Under the pieces are notes generated by a model. The model was not told the DNA's origin. It saw only the letters and a list, made by a program, of their open reading frames with translations, and did not search any database. From an uncultured Deferribacteres bacterium (GTDB lineage: Bacteria; Zhuqueibacterota; Zhuqueibacteria; Zhuqueibacterales; Geothermadaptataceae), in contig CAXHAT010000025.1 in assembly GCA_964014485.1 (NCBI GenBank), positions 1-53,163 on the forward strand: DNA of 53,163 nt. Reading direction: 5' to 3'. Positions 29,154 to 38,619 of the stretch are shown here, piece after piece. The first letter of the stretch is position 1; each line of letters begins with the position of its first letter. The position numbers and the translations under genes were made by a program.

Positions 29154-29678
29154 ATGTCTTTCTTTATCCGCCAAATTGAAAACCTGACCGACGCTCAAGA
29201 ACAAGCTTTATTTCATTGGAACGATGATGTATTTGATTCCAAACAACATCATCTTGTTTTTATGGATTCGGCGGAATGGAGCTTTGCCGGATTCGAAGAC
29301 GAACGAATCGTGAGTCACGTCGGCCTTGTTAAACAAAAAATCGTGGTCGGCGACCGCGAGATTTGGGTTGGCGGCGTCTGCGGCGTTTCGACCGTTCCGG
29401 AAGCGCAAGGTCGCGGATATGCTTCAAGGATTTTGCAGCGGGTGGTGGAATTCATGAGCAAAGATTTACAGGTCGATTTTGGGACGCTTTTCTGCAACCA
29501 TGAATTGATTCCGTTTTATCGCGGAGCGAGTTGGCAAAAGTTTGACGGCGAAGTCACGGTCGAGCAGCCCGACGGCAACCGTTTAACGCCGCCGACGATC
29601 AACTTTATGTTTCTACCTTTACGAGAAAACACGCAATGGCCTGATGGAGAGGTTGATCTAAAATCGCTTCCGTGGTAA
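29154..29678 (+). CDS. GNAT acetyltransferase (AAC(2')-like)
   Basis: VSTVPEAQGRGYA, PFYRGASW and C-terminal DLKSLPW. Confidence 0.85.
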   Translation: MSFFIRQIENLTDAQEQALFHWNDDVFDSKQHHLVFMDSAEWSFAGFEDERIVSHVGLVKQKIVVGDREIWVGGVCGVSTVPEAQGRGYASRILQRVVEFMSKDLQVDFGTLFCNHELIPFYRGASWQKFDGEVTVEQPDGNRLTPPTINFMFLPLRENTQWPDGEVDLKSLPW

Positions 29679-29749
29679 TGTGACCGACAATTCAAAGAAA
29701 AAATGCAAAGAGCCGTTTGAACCCAAGATGTTGGAATCCCGCGAAACCT

Positions 29750-31192
29750 TCAATATTTCGGAACGGCTGGATCGACTTCTTCGCTCCAGGCCAATATTCC
29801 GCCGCGCAGATGTTTAGCGGAATTAAAACCTGCTTCGTGTAAAATTTTCAAAGCTTTGGCGGATCGTTCGCCGCTCCGGCAATAAGTGACAATCTCCCCC
29901 CCGTTTTGAAACTCTCCCAAACGGTCTTTCAATTGAGCCAAGGGCGTCAACACCGCGCCTTGAATGCGCCCGATTTCCCATTCTTGCGGTTCTCGAACAT
30001 CGAGCAGTACCACGCTGTTGTCGGCCAGCATCTTGTTTAAAGATGAGGCGGATATTTCGAAGTCATCGAAGCGTTTTTGTCGCTCCGCTTTTTCTGACTC
30101 AGCTTGCGGTATGCCGCAAAAGGCTTGATAATCCTGCAATTTGTGAATCGTTCGACGGTCGCCGCAAATCGGACATTTGGGGTCTTTGCGCAAACGCACT
30201 TCGCGAAATTGCATGGCGAGGGCGTCGTAAAGAAGCAGCCGACCAATCAACGAATCGCCTTTGTCGAGAATCAATTTCACGGCTTCTGTGGCTTGAATAA
30301 CGCCGATAATTCCGGGCAAAACGCCCAAAACGCCGCCTTCAGCGCAACTTGGAACCATGCCTGGCGGCGGTGGTTCCGGATAGAGACAGCGATAGCAAGG
30401 CCCCTTGCACGCGTCAAATACACTCGCCTGGCCTTCGAAACGAAAAATGCTGCCGTAGACGTTCGGCTTGCCTAACAGCACGCTCACGTCGTTGACCAAG
30501 TAGCGCGTCGGGAAGTTGTCAGTGCCGTCGATGATGATGTCGTAGCTTTCTGCGATCTGCATGGCGTTTTCCGCAGAGAACGCCGTCTCATGGCATTCGA
30601 CGAGTACGTTCGGGTTCAAATTTTGAATGAACTTTTTGGCGGAATCAAGCTTGGAACGCCCAATATTTTCCGTGTTGTGGATGACTTGGCGCTGCAAATT
30701 GGAAGCATCCACGACGTCAAAATCGACAAGCCCGATACGGCCGACTCCGGCGGCGGCGAGGTACATAGCCAGCGGCGAACCAAGGCCGCCGGTTCCAATC
30801 ATAAGAACGCTCGAAGCCTTTAATCTTTTCTGCCCGCTCACGCCGACTTCCGGCAAAATCAAGTGACGGCTGTAGCGTTGAATTTCTTCATGGCTCAGGT
30901 TTGGACTATCATGCTCAGAGTTTCCGCCCGCGACTGAAGGTATGATGCTGATTTCATCTTTTTCCGTTACCGGCGTATCTCGGTTTTGGAGAAATCGAAC
31001 GTCTTCATTGTTGACAAAGATATTGACAAACGACCTGATTTTGCCGGTTTCCTCATAAAGGTGACTGCGAACGCCAGGATATTTTTCGACAAACTGGTCG
31101 AGAATCTCCCCGACAGTTTCTCCGGGTAAATTGACCGTGCTCTGATTTTCTGCGAACGGTCGCAGCGCTGAAGGGATGTAAACAACAGGCAT
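29750..31192 (-). CDS. moeB: Ubiquitin-like (MoaD/ThiS/CysO)-E1 (MoeB)-rhodanese fusion
   Basis: N-terminal Ubl ending IIPSVAGG; RYSRH, GTGGLG, SNLQRQ, CYRC, SCAEGG and CPIC; rhodanese YCRSGERS. Confidence 0.92.
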   Translation of the reverse strand: MPVVYIPSALRPFAENQSTVNLPGETVGEILDQFVEKYPGVRSHLYEETGKIRSFVNIFVNNEDVRFLQNRDTPVTEKDEISIIPSVAGGNSEHDSPNLSHEEIQRYSRHLILPEVGVSGQKRLKASSVLMIGTGGLGSPLAMYLAAAGVGRIGLVDFDVVDASNLQRQVIHNTENIGRSKLDSAKKFIQNLNPNVLVECHETAFSAENAMQIAESYDIIIDGTDNFPTRYLVNDVSVLLGKPNVYGSIFRFEGQASVFDACKGPCYRCLYPEPPPPGMVPSCAEGGVLGVLPGIIGVIQATEAVKLILDKGDSLIGRLLLYDALAMQFREVRLRKDPKCPICGDRRTIHKLQDYQAFCGIPQAESEKAERQKRFDDFEISASSLNKMLADNSVVLLDVREPQEWEIGRIQGAVLTPLAQLKDRLGEFQNGGEIVTYCRSGERSAKALKILHEAGFNSAKHLRGGILAWSEEVDPAVPKY

Positions 31193-31404
31193 AGCTCATC
31201 CTTCTGAAATAAAGATCGGCTTGTCGACTGATGTCACGCACGTACCGTTTGGCATGCGCGATCAAAGCCTGCGGGCGACTTTTGATTCTCATTAGCTCCG
31301 CTCTTCAGAGCGGAGATTCTAGAAGACGGCTGCCCATCTCTTCCGCCGCGCCAGCGCGGCGGAAGAGAGAAAATGGGCGATTTGCTTGTCACCGGGCTGA
31401 AGCC

Positions 31405-32932
31405 CAACGTCACTAACTTTTCGATTTTTTGTCAATCAGTTCTTTGATATGTAATCGTCTTTCGTCGTCTCGATCACCCTTCAGCGCGGGATATGACTTA
31501 GGTCGATATCTGACTTTTCTGGGTTCAAACCGCTGAAATTTTCTATTGGGTAAGCGGCAATTCGGCAATATTGTGAGCAACATTCGCACGGCGTTTTCAA
31601 TTTGCTCCGGGGCGTCGGTGGTCCGAATATGGAGGATCACCTCTCGAATCCGCCGCCAGCACATTGTGAAGCTGAGTTGAAACGGGTCTGAGCCGTCGTT
31701 TTTCGCGGCTTCGAGCATACGCGCGAACTAAATTATAAGCCAGGAGTCCGCTCAACAATTCTTTGAGCGCCATATCAGGTGATCGGCTTTTTAAAATTCT
31801 CATCTCAAACTGGGTTTTGATATATCTGAGGTTCAACTCCGCGTGCCATCGGAAGCCATAGAGTTTAATGAGTTCTTCCGGCGTATAGACGGCGCGGTCC
31901 GTCAGGGTCGTAAACAAAAAAATATCTTCGTACAAGCCGTCAGCGAGTTGTACACGGATGCACAGAACGCGGCCGGAAATCGGTTCCTCCGACATGCCTT
32001 CATTGAGCTTGTCATGCGGGGAAGGCTTCCATTTTACTGCGATGTCATCACCGGGTTGAGCAACCTGTTTGGCGATGTTATTCGCGCGTTTTTGCATCAG
32101 ACGGAAAACGACGTGCTGCAAATGATGACGGGCGGCCTGGGCGACGCTAAAGACGCCGAAGTTTTCATCACCCGCATGAACGGTATCGGGTTCGGCCTGT
32201 TCAAACACTTCTATCGCGAGTTTTTGCTCACTGGTTGTAACAGGGCCTTCGGCAAAAGCGGTGACCACCCCGCTACGCAGACAAAACGTTGCAACGCTGC
32301 GAATTTGCAGCCAATAGTTCGTTCCGTGTTGGTTGTGTTGTTGACCATACTTCTCGATCAAGCTCTCTGTGGGCCGAACCAGAAAAACCGAACCGTCAAG
32401 AAGACTGACTGGATGATCGTGCCAGGGAGAAATGGTCGACCGAACCGATGAGGCTGTGTTTAAAAGCGACTTTTGCAAAACTTCCACCGGCAAGCGACCA
32501 CACCCTTTACTGTACGCGGCGGAGTTTTCTGACTTCAAACGCTGTGAAAGCGGGCGCTGGCGATCAAAACCCAGATGATCAACGGCGCCGTTCTTAACGT
32601 GATTGACGACTTCATCTTGAGTATGATCATGGCTCAGACGTTGATAAATTAAACACCATAGCACGACAACAGGCGTAAAAATTCTCTGATAAAAACGCAG
32701 ACGCGTTTCCTGAATTAGACTATTGATACATGATGTTGGCAACAGTTCCTGGAAAACAGGCAAAACGTCACAGGCTTGGAAATCCTTGAGCGACATCGTC
32801 AAATCCTTCACTTGTGAAACTTCCAGCTACTGAATGAAGGAATATCTTAATAAACAATGACTTATAGAACCACATAAAAAATTAATCAACGTCATTGACA
32901 GCTAAAGAGTAAGCGAAAAGTTAGTGACATTA
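31405..32932 (-). mobile_element. IS4 family insertion sequence
   Basis: 19-bp TIR CAACGTCACTAACTTTTCG / CGAAAAGTTAGTGACATTA with 2 mismatches; 10-bp flanking repeat GG(C/T)TGAAGCC. Confidence 0.9.
31413..32811 (-). pseudogene. IS4 family DDE transposase, frameshifted near 31719
   Basis: LLDGS, AGDENF and the Y-x2-R-x3-E-x6-K motif YGFRWHAELNLRYIK; C-terminus continues in ORF 31413-31718, which stops in the TIR. Confidence 0.85.
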
Positions 32933-33018
32933 GGTTGAAGCCCGGCGCTAATGAGACGATGTTTGCCCCAAGACTCAGGATGTGCGTTGCCGCGTGTCAC
33001 ATCAGTTATTGAATTGAA

Positions 33019-33453
33019 TTAAAGATCGTCGTGAATGGCGACCGGGAGAAATTCTTTCCTGTTTTCGGCGAGTAAAAAAGCGCCGAATTCACCAATTTTG
33101 CCATCATTAACAGATGCAATAAGATAGATCATGTTCGGCCACGCGTGTTCAAGGTCGAGTTGTGAAGGACGGGCGCGAGAATTCGGGTGAGAGTGGTAGA
33201 AGCCGATGATCTCCAGATTTTTCGCTTCGGCTGATTTTTCCGCTGCGAGATATTCGGTCGGAGAAATAAGGAATCGCTTTGTTTTCTCACCCGCGCTTGC
33301 ATTTCTTGCCGGAACTTCATGAATGAGTTCAAAGCTGAGTCGCCTCCGTGCGCCGATTAAAAAGCCGCAGCATTCCTGTGGATAGGACTGCTCCGCATGT
33401 TTCCTGATCGCCGTTTTCAGGATCGACGGAAAAACAAGATTTGCAATGTGCAT
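33019..33453 (-). CDS. JAB/MPN+ (M67, Mec-like) metallopeptidase (start uncertain)
   Basis: YPQECCG..YHSHP..PSQLD JAMM motif. Confidence 0.9.
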   Translation of the reverse strand: MHIANLVFPSILKTAIRKHAEQSYPQECCGFLIGARRRLSFELIHEVPARNASAGEKTKRFLISPTEYLAAEKSAEAKNLEIIGFYHSHPNSRARPSQLDLEHAWPNMIYLIASVNDGKIGEFGAFLLAENRKEFLPVAIHDDL

Positions 33454-33717
33454 CTGCTCCGCTGAGCTATTTTTCCGGGAAGGTTTGGTTTGCATGAGAT
33501 TCTCAAAAACCAGTATATTTTTTCGCGAATTTGGGGATGTCCGTTCTTCGTCCGACTCCGGGCGTTCGGAAGTCGACGATTTCGCCTGATTTGACAAGCT
33601 CGCCGCGCCAGGAAGCGCAGATTTTTTCTTTCCCGGAACAGGACTGTTCAGCAAACAAAGGTTTTGGCTCACCGGAGCATTCATTTACCCGATCCCAATT
33701 GACGGACAAATACGCTT

Positions 33718-34353
33718 ATGCGGTCTCTATTCCAGCAGTTCAGGAAAGATATTCAAGAAATGCGCGAAAGGCAAAAATCTCAACAACATTCGCGCGACGG
33801 CCAGTTTTTTGTGGTAATGTTTGGCTGGATTCTGCTCTCGATCAGCCTGGTCACGCTGTTTTTCTTTTTCTCCGGCGATATTTATATGGATTTCTGGTCG
33901 TTTCGGTGGACGATTTCTATTGTTTTTATCGTTGGGCTTTTAAGCGCCGGAATCGGCATCGTCCGGCTTGGCACAACCAAACAAGCGACGTTCACAATGA
34001 TGACGATTTTCGGAATGGCCTATGTGACCGTCGGGATTTTGGTCTATGTTTACCTTGGTTTTCGTCAGGTTTTCAGAAGCCCGAAACTAGACGCTTACCT
34101 TGGGCTAATTGTGATTTTCGCAGTTTTGGTTGGCATTGGTCTACTTTGTTTGTTCACCGTTTCTCGAAAACTGTTGGTATATCCGGCGTATGGTTTTGCG
34201 ACCGCAAACGTGGCGTTTGTCGTCATGCTTATCATAAAATATGTTTTTGACGCCAATCCGTTTAAAGCGGCGGTGTTTCTCGGAGAAGTCGTGATTCTCA
34301 TTGTGGGATCGTTATTATTTCTTGGCCTTTTTGTCGCCAGCGAAAGAAAATAG
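33718..34353 (+). CDS. Hypothetical membrane protein (about 6 TM)
   Basis: Multiple hydrophobic helices; no family recognised. Confidence 0.7.
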   Translation: MRSLFQQFRKDIQEMRERQKSQQHSRDGQFFVVMFGWILLSISLVTLFFFFSGDIYMDFWSFRWTISIVFIVGLLSAGIGIVRLGTTKQATFTMMTIFGMAYVTVGILVYVYLGFRQVFRSPKLDAYLGLIVIFAVLVGIGLLCLFTVSRKLLVYPAYGFATANVAFVVMLIIKYVFDANPFKAAVFLGEVVILIVGSLLFLGLFVASERK

Positions 34354-34393
34354 CCGCCTGAAACGCTCATTCGAATAGTGAACCGAATTCTAC

Positions 34394-34897
34394 ATGAATC
34401 TTGCGCGATACGTCTCAACGGAACTGATTGATCTCTACCTGCCGCAGCCGGAAGAGCCGCCTGATAATCCCGAGTTAAACCTGGAAAAGTTCAAACGGGT
34501 TCAGAAGGAAAAGCTTCTTGGACACTTTGTCGATATGCTCGACAAGTCCGGTAAAGTGTTGCACAAACGCAAGCTCTTAAAAGATTTTATAAATCGTGAG
34601 CGGCAGGCGAGCACGGGGCTGGAAAACGGCGTCGCCATTCCGCACGTCCGCAGCCGTTACGTGCGCGAGGCGATGATCGGCTTTGCCCGTTCCTACGAAG
34701 GGCATGATTTTGACGCCGTCGATGGAAAGCCCTGCAATATTTTCTTCATTATCGTTTCACCAAGCTCCATCGGCGATTTGCATATTAAAATTTATAAGCA
34801 AATCGCCGAGATGTTTACCTTCAGCAACGCGTATGATGATTTGATGGAAGTCTATTCAGAAGGCGAGGTCATTCGAATCTTGCGTCAATTTGATTGA
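34394..34897 (+). CDS. Stand-alone PTS EIIA (PtsN/fructose-mannitol type)
   Basis: RERQASTGLENGVAIPH and FDAVDGKP. Confidence 0.88.
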   Translation: MNLARYVSTELIDLYLPQPEEPPDNPELNLEKFKRVQKEKLLGHFVDMLDKSGKVLHKRKLLKDFINRERQASTGLENGVAIPHVRSRYVREAMIGFARSYEGHDFDAVDGKPCNIFFIIVSPSSIGDLHIKIYKQIAEMFTFSNAYDDLMEVYSEGEVIRILRQFD

Positions 34898-35814
34898 TGT
34901 AGCTTTCCTAGAAAATCGAAAAGCGCGTGGAAGTGATCGATATGATCCGGCGCGCTGTTACCCGCAAAACCAAGCACTGAAAAATTTCCTTCGCCGGCTT
35001 CGCTGACTTGCTGCATGCCCAAAACGCCCCACTTTAGAACCGCCCGCCTCTGCAATCCGAACTGCTCAAGAAGATAATCGCTCGTCTCCGTGGTGCTGGC
35101 GTAAGTCCCCGGGAAAACTGCTGAATGTGAGATGACGAACTCCTTTTTTTTCGCGAGCGCAAGCCTTGCAAAATCCAAAAACGGCGCGAGTTTCTCAGCG
35201 TTTAATTCGCCGCCCTGCGCCAAAGTCGTTCGTACTGGAACGTAATCGGTGTGCAGACCGTCGAGGAGAAGGACGCTTGAAATCGACGCCGTGTTTTCCG
35301 GCTGCCGCAAGATGGCTCGCACCGCGCCATACCCTGCGCTAAAAGCCGAGAGCGTGATCTTGTTAATTAGCACTTCTACCGGGATAAAACGCGATGAATT
35401 GAGGCTATCGCCAAGAGCCGAAAGGATTTTGGGCAAAACTTGCGGGTCTTGAAACGGGCGTTCATAAGCCGAAGAACCTGAACCTAAATTGATCGAAATG
35501 GCGACAAACGGTCGGTTTGCCTGATAAGCCGCATGTTCCGCCACGAAGGGAGCGCCGTGAAAATGTATCAGAGGAACGACGGGCTTTTGGCCCCGGCTCT
35601 TTTCAGGAATATACACCTGGACGGGCTTGGTTAGGATAGAGCGGATTTCGAGCCTGTTCCCCGGAAGGTTTTGCTTTTGAATCCGTTCGTGCAGTCGTGC
35701 GTTGTCGATCATTGGCGAGGGAAATTGTTGCTGCATTCGTGGGGCGGGCTGTTCACATGCTGTAAGCAAAATTAACGCAAGAATTTCAGCGCATACGCGG
35801 TAAAAAAATGACAA
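34885..35814 (-). CDS. Alpha/beta-hydrolase-like lipoprotein (start uncertain)
   Basis: Lipobox LTAC, IHFHG, AFSAGYG, LLDGLH and DH near the C-terminus; TTG 35814 gives a normal-length signal. Confidence 0.65.
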   Translation of the reverse strand: MSFFYRVCAEILALILLTACEQPAPRMQQQFPSPMIDNARLHERIQKQNLPGNRLEIRSILTKPVQVYIPEKSRGQKPVVPLIHFHGAPFVAEHAAYQANRPFVAISINLGSGSSAYERPFQDPQVLPKILSALGDSLNSSRFIPVEVLINKITLSAFSAGYGAVRAILRQPENTASISSVLLLDGLHTDYVPVRTTLAQGGELNAEKLAPFLDFARLALAKKKEFVISHSAVFPGTYASTTETSDYLLEQFGLQRRAVLKWGVLGMQQVSEAGEGNFSVLGFAGNSAPDHIDHFHALFDFLGKLHQSN

Positions 35815-36011
35815 ATTCAGGAGCGTTGGCAGCTTGCGGTTTGTTCTAAAAAAACGAACTTTTGAACCTAATAAAATTGGAAACAAAGACTTACGACCTG
35901 TTTTCGTTACAATCATCTGGATTTTGTTTTCATTCTGTAACATAATGGCTGAAAGCGGACAGCAACCGCTTCGCTGAAAATATCCTTTAACACCTGATTA
36001 AGGAGGGAAGA

Positions 36012-36383
36012 ATGGATGTTTTAACTGGAAGAGTCGCACGTATTTTGTACGCTGCGCCAATGGGCGTTTTTGGTTTGTTCCACTTCATGAATGCCAATGG
36101 AATGGCGGGAATGGTGCCGATTCCCGGAGGCGTTTTTTGGGTTTATCTTACCGGCTTGGGACTGCTTGCCGCCTGTGTCAGTATTATCATCGGTAAAAAG
36201 GCGCGCTTGGCGGCGCTCTTGCTTGGCGTTATGTTGGCGATTTTTGCACTTTCCATTCATTTGCCTGGCATGTTCTCAGCTGCATCAGAACAAGCTGCGC
36301 AAGCATCCACGGCTAGCTTTTTGAAAGACATTGCCTTAGCTGGAGCCGCTTTTCTCATTGCGGGGATATCTAGCGACGATTAG
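36012..36383 (+). CDS. DoxX family membrane protein
   Basis: FGLFHF, FWVYLTG and FLKDIALAGAA; AAGGAGG RBS. Confidence 0.8.
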   Translation: MDVLTGRVARILYAAPMGVFGLFHFMNANGMAGMVPIPGGVFWVYLTGLGLLAACVSIIIGKKARLAALLLGVMLAIFALSIHLPGMFSAASEQAAQASTASFLKDIALAGAAFLIAGISSDD

Positions 36384-36407
36384 GAAGAACCAGCTAATTT
36401 GATTTTG

Positions 36408-36448
36408 GCAAAACCCCGTCGGAGTCAAGTTTCCGAGCGGGGTTTTGC
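36408..36448. terminator. Bidirectional intrinsic terminator
   Basis: GCAAAACCCCG..CGGGGTTTTGC between convergent genes. Confidence 0.7.
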
Positions 36449-36471
36449 ATTTTGCGAATGCTCCGCTCGCT

Positions 36472-36870
36472 TTATCTCCAAATCGCGAGAATGCCGCCCA
36501 TAATCGCGAAGGCGATGAGAAAGAAGCCGTTGTTGAGCGTGAACAAAGTCATTGGACGGCGTTCGAACATCAAGTAATTAAGATTGATGGTCAACGCAAA
36601 TCCCAGCCACAACAGTGCGCCGACTTTAACGCCGCTCATGAAACTGCCCGCGGAAATGAACGCAGCCATCACAAACGCCGTGACGAGTCCGCTCACTAAA
36701 TGCGTGGCAAGCGCTTTGGGGAAAGCCGCTTCCGCTTCCTTTTTTTCTTCTTCATTAAAGCCTAGCCCTTCCTGGTATTGCCTGGAAAAAACGGCTGCGT
36801 ACCAGACGCCGCCGAAAATAAAATACACTAGCCCTGAGACCAGAACCGCCCAAATATTCATGTCGCCCAT
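36472..36870 (-). CDS. DUF1761-like membrane protein
   Basis: NIWAVLVS..FGGVWY, LWLGF and FERRP; 4 TM. Confidence 0.8.
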   Translation of the reverse strand: MGDMNIWAVLVSGLVYFIFGGVWYAAVFSRQYQEGLGFNEEEKKEAEAAFPKALATHLVSGLVTAFVMAAFISAGSFMSGVKVGALLWLGFALTINLNYLMFERRPMTLFTLNNGFFLIAFAIMGGILAIWR

Positions 36871-36999
36871 TTTCCTTCCTCCGAATTTTTAAATGTTTAT
36901 GTGGTTAATCGATGTTTAGATGCTGATGCGAGCAGCCTTTTGGCTGGATGGAAAAGGGTTTTCCCAAAACATGGTCTCTGAATAACAGACATATCACAG

Positions 37000-37040
37000 G
37001 TAGGGATTCAAGATTTTGAATCCCTATAACATGTTGTGTG
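37000..37040. repeat. GTAG REP hairpin, inverted copy of 22158-22198
   Basis: GTAGGGATTCAAGATTTTGAATCCCTAT plus AACATGTTGTGTG. Confidence 0.7.
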
Positions 37041-37085
37041 TCGTTTCGCAATTTTTGTGTTTTGAGAAAGTTCCATTCCACTCCT

Positions 37086-37445
37086 TTAAGCCGCTTCCAT
37101 TTTCCGACGGCCATATTTCTGAGTGGCGTAGCCGATTATTGCACCGACTATAGTGCCTGGAACCATGATTTGCATCCAATAGTGCTTTTGCTCCATTGCG
37201 TATTGCATGTAAGCGGTGAGAAAAGCGAAAAACAGTCCGGCGACCAAGCCGAAAATCACGCCCTTTTTCAATGAGTCGACGCGACTTGCGTAGAATCCTG
37301 TGAGCAGACCAACAATCAGCCCTTTGATTGACGAACCCATCACGATGGCGGACAATTGATCCTTCTCCGGCGAAAAATAGGCGGTCAACCCGTCGAAGGC
37401 GCCGAGCACGAGGCCAAGAACAATCCCCAACAACAATTTTGACAT
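37086..37445 (-). CDS. Gly-rich hypothetical membrane protein (4 TM)
   Basis: Hydrophobic GxxxG helices; GAGGAGG RBS. Confidence 0.75.
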   Translation of the reverse strand: MSKLLLGIVLGLVLGAFDGLTAYFSPEKDQLSAIVMGSSIKGLIVGLLTGFYASRVDSLKKGVIFGLVAGLFFAFLTAYMQYAMEQKHYWMQIMVPGTIVGAIIGYATQKYGRRKMEAA

Positions 37446-37578
37446 TTGATTCCTCCTCAAAATCAAGAACAATACTTTGTAAATAAAACGTTTACAGCAT
37501 TTCTAACAAGCGCAAACGCGCCAATGAAAGCCGCCGTTTTTCTGAACATTGTCCTATTAAACGCTTCAGCGGAAATCT

Positions 37579-38619
37579 TTAATTCTGCAGGAAAAAGGCG
37601 AGCAAGAGTCGGGAGAGAATGTAGACGGAGACAAGAATGAGGATAAACTTGTTTTGTTTGCTCCAGCGCAAAAGCGCTTCGAAGACGTTTTCTTTGTAGG
37701 CTGACACCGGTTGGCCGCTCAAAAACGCTTCCACGTCTTCAGAAATCTTCAGTGCGGCGTCATAACGACGTTCTTTCTTGGCTTCGAGCGCTTTTCGATA
37801 AATGGCGACAAGCGGCTTTGGCGGCCGTGAAAAAAAGTTCTCAAATTTAAATCGAAGACTGGATTTGCGATTTGAATAATCTGAAGAATTTTTGCCCGAC
37901 CCAACCAGAAACCGGAGCACGCCGCCAAGAGCAAAAATATCTGAACGATGATCGATCAACTCGACCCGCCCTTGCGCCTGTTCCGGCGACATGTAGTCCG
38001 GCGTTCCCAAAACTTGCCCGTGGAGCGTTTGATTTTCGGTTTTTGACGCGGCGGTTTGAATAATGGCGGAGGCTTGATCTTCATGACAAGGCGCCGACGG
38101 CGCTCCGCGCAATTTAGCCAAGCCCCAGTCCATCAAAAGCACTTCGCCGTATGCGCCGATCATGATGTTTTCCGGTTTGACGTCCCGGTGAATGACATTC
38201 TGTGCGTGGGCAAACGCGAGCGCTTCACAAACGCGCTGAAAGACGCGCAGTTTTTCATTGAGCGGTTTTGTTTTAACGAAATTTTGGTCGAGCCTCTCGC
38301 CGCGCACCAATTTCATTGCATAAAAAATCCGTCCGTCGGCAAGCTTGCCAACGTCGTGAATCGGGACGATACCCGGATGCTCCAGACGCGCGATGGTTTG
38401 CGCCTCGCGAATCATGCGGTCGGCCAAATCAGCGTCTTTGTCGGAAAAATCCATCACCTTGACGGCGACTTCGCGCTTCAACTCAAGATCGTTGGCGCGA
38501 AAGACCGTGCCCATGCCGCCGGAACCGATCTTTTCCAGAATTTCATAACGTCCGCCTTCAATTGCCGGCAGCTCGACCACGGCGCGCAGGTTTTGCAAAA
38601 CAGCGTCGGAAATTCTCAT
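37579..38619 (-). CDS. Hanks-type Ser/Thr protein kinase with C-terminal TM and no external domain
   Basis: IGSGGMG, VAVK, HRDVKPEN, DWG and GTPDYMSPE. Confidence 0.93.
   Translation of the reverse strand: MRISDAVLQNLRAVVELPAIEGGRYEILEKIGSGGMGTVFRANDLELKREVAVKVMDFSDKDADLADRMIREAQTIARLEHPGIVPIHDVGKLADGRIFYAMKLVRGERLDQNFVKTKPLNEKLRVFQRVCEALAFAHAQNVIHRDVKPENIMIGAYGEVLLMDWGLAKLRGAPSAPCHEDQASAIIQTAASKTENQTLHGQVLGTPDYMSPEQAQGRVELIDHRSDIFALGGVLRFLVGSGKNSSDYSNRKSSLRFKFENFFSRPPKPLVAIYRKALEAKKERRYDAALKISEDVEAFLSGQPVSAYKENVFEALLRWSKQNKFILILVSVYILSRLLLAFFLQN

Larger units (their letters stand above)
31227..33006. mobile_element. ACTGATGT-ended element with TTAG REP-like hairpins, interrupted by IS4
   Basis: Ends ACTGATGTCACGC and GCGTGTCACATCAGT; hairpins at 31296-31315, 31337-31368 and the split CCGGGCTGAAGCCCGG. 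Confidence 0.6.

Noticed and set aside
29154..29678. Aminoglycoside resistance gene
   Set aside because: Only fold-level resemblance to AAC(2'); substrate cannot be inferred from sequence alone
31843..32451. 202-aa ORF inside the IS
   Set aside because: Antisense to the transposase; no evidence of a passenger gene
29750..33453. CBASS/Bil-type anti-phage ubiquitin-like system
   Set aside because: No E2, CD-NTase or effector. The E1 is a MoeB/MoeZ type with rhodanese, typical of sulfur-carrier systems.
33531..34250. 239-aa overlapping ORF and long N-terminal extension of JAB
   Set aside because: An alternative frame of the membrane protein gene, and a probably untranslated upstream region
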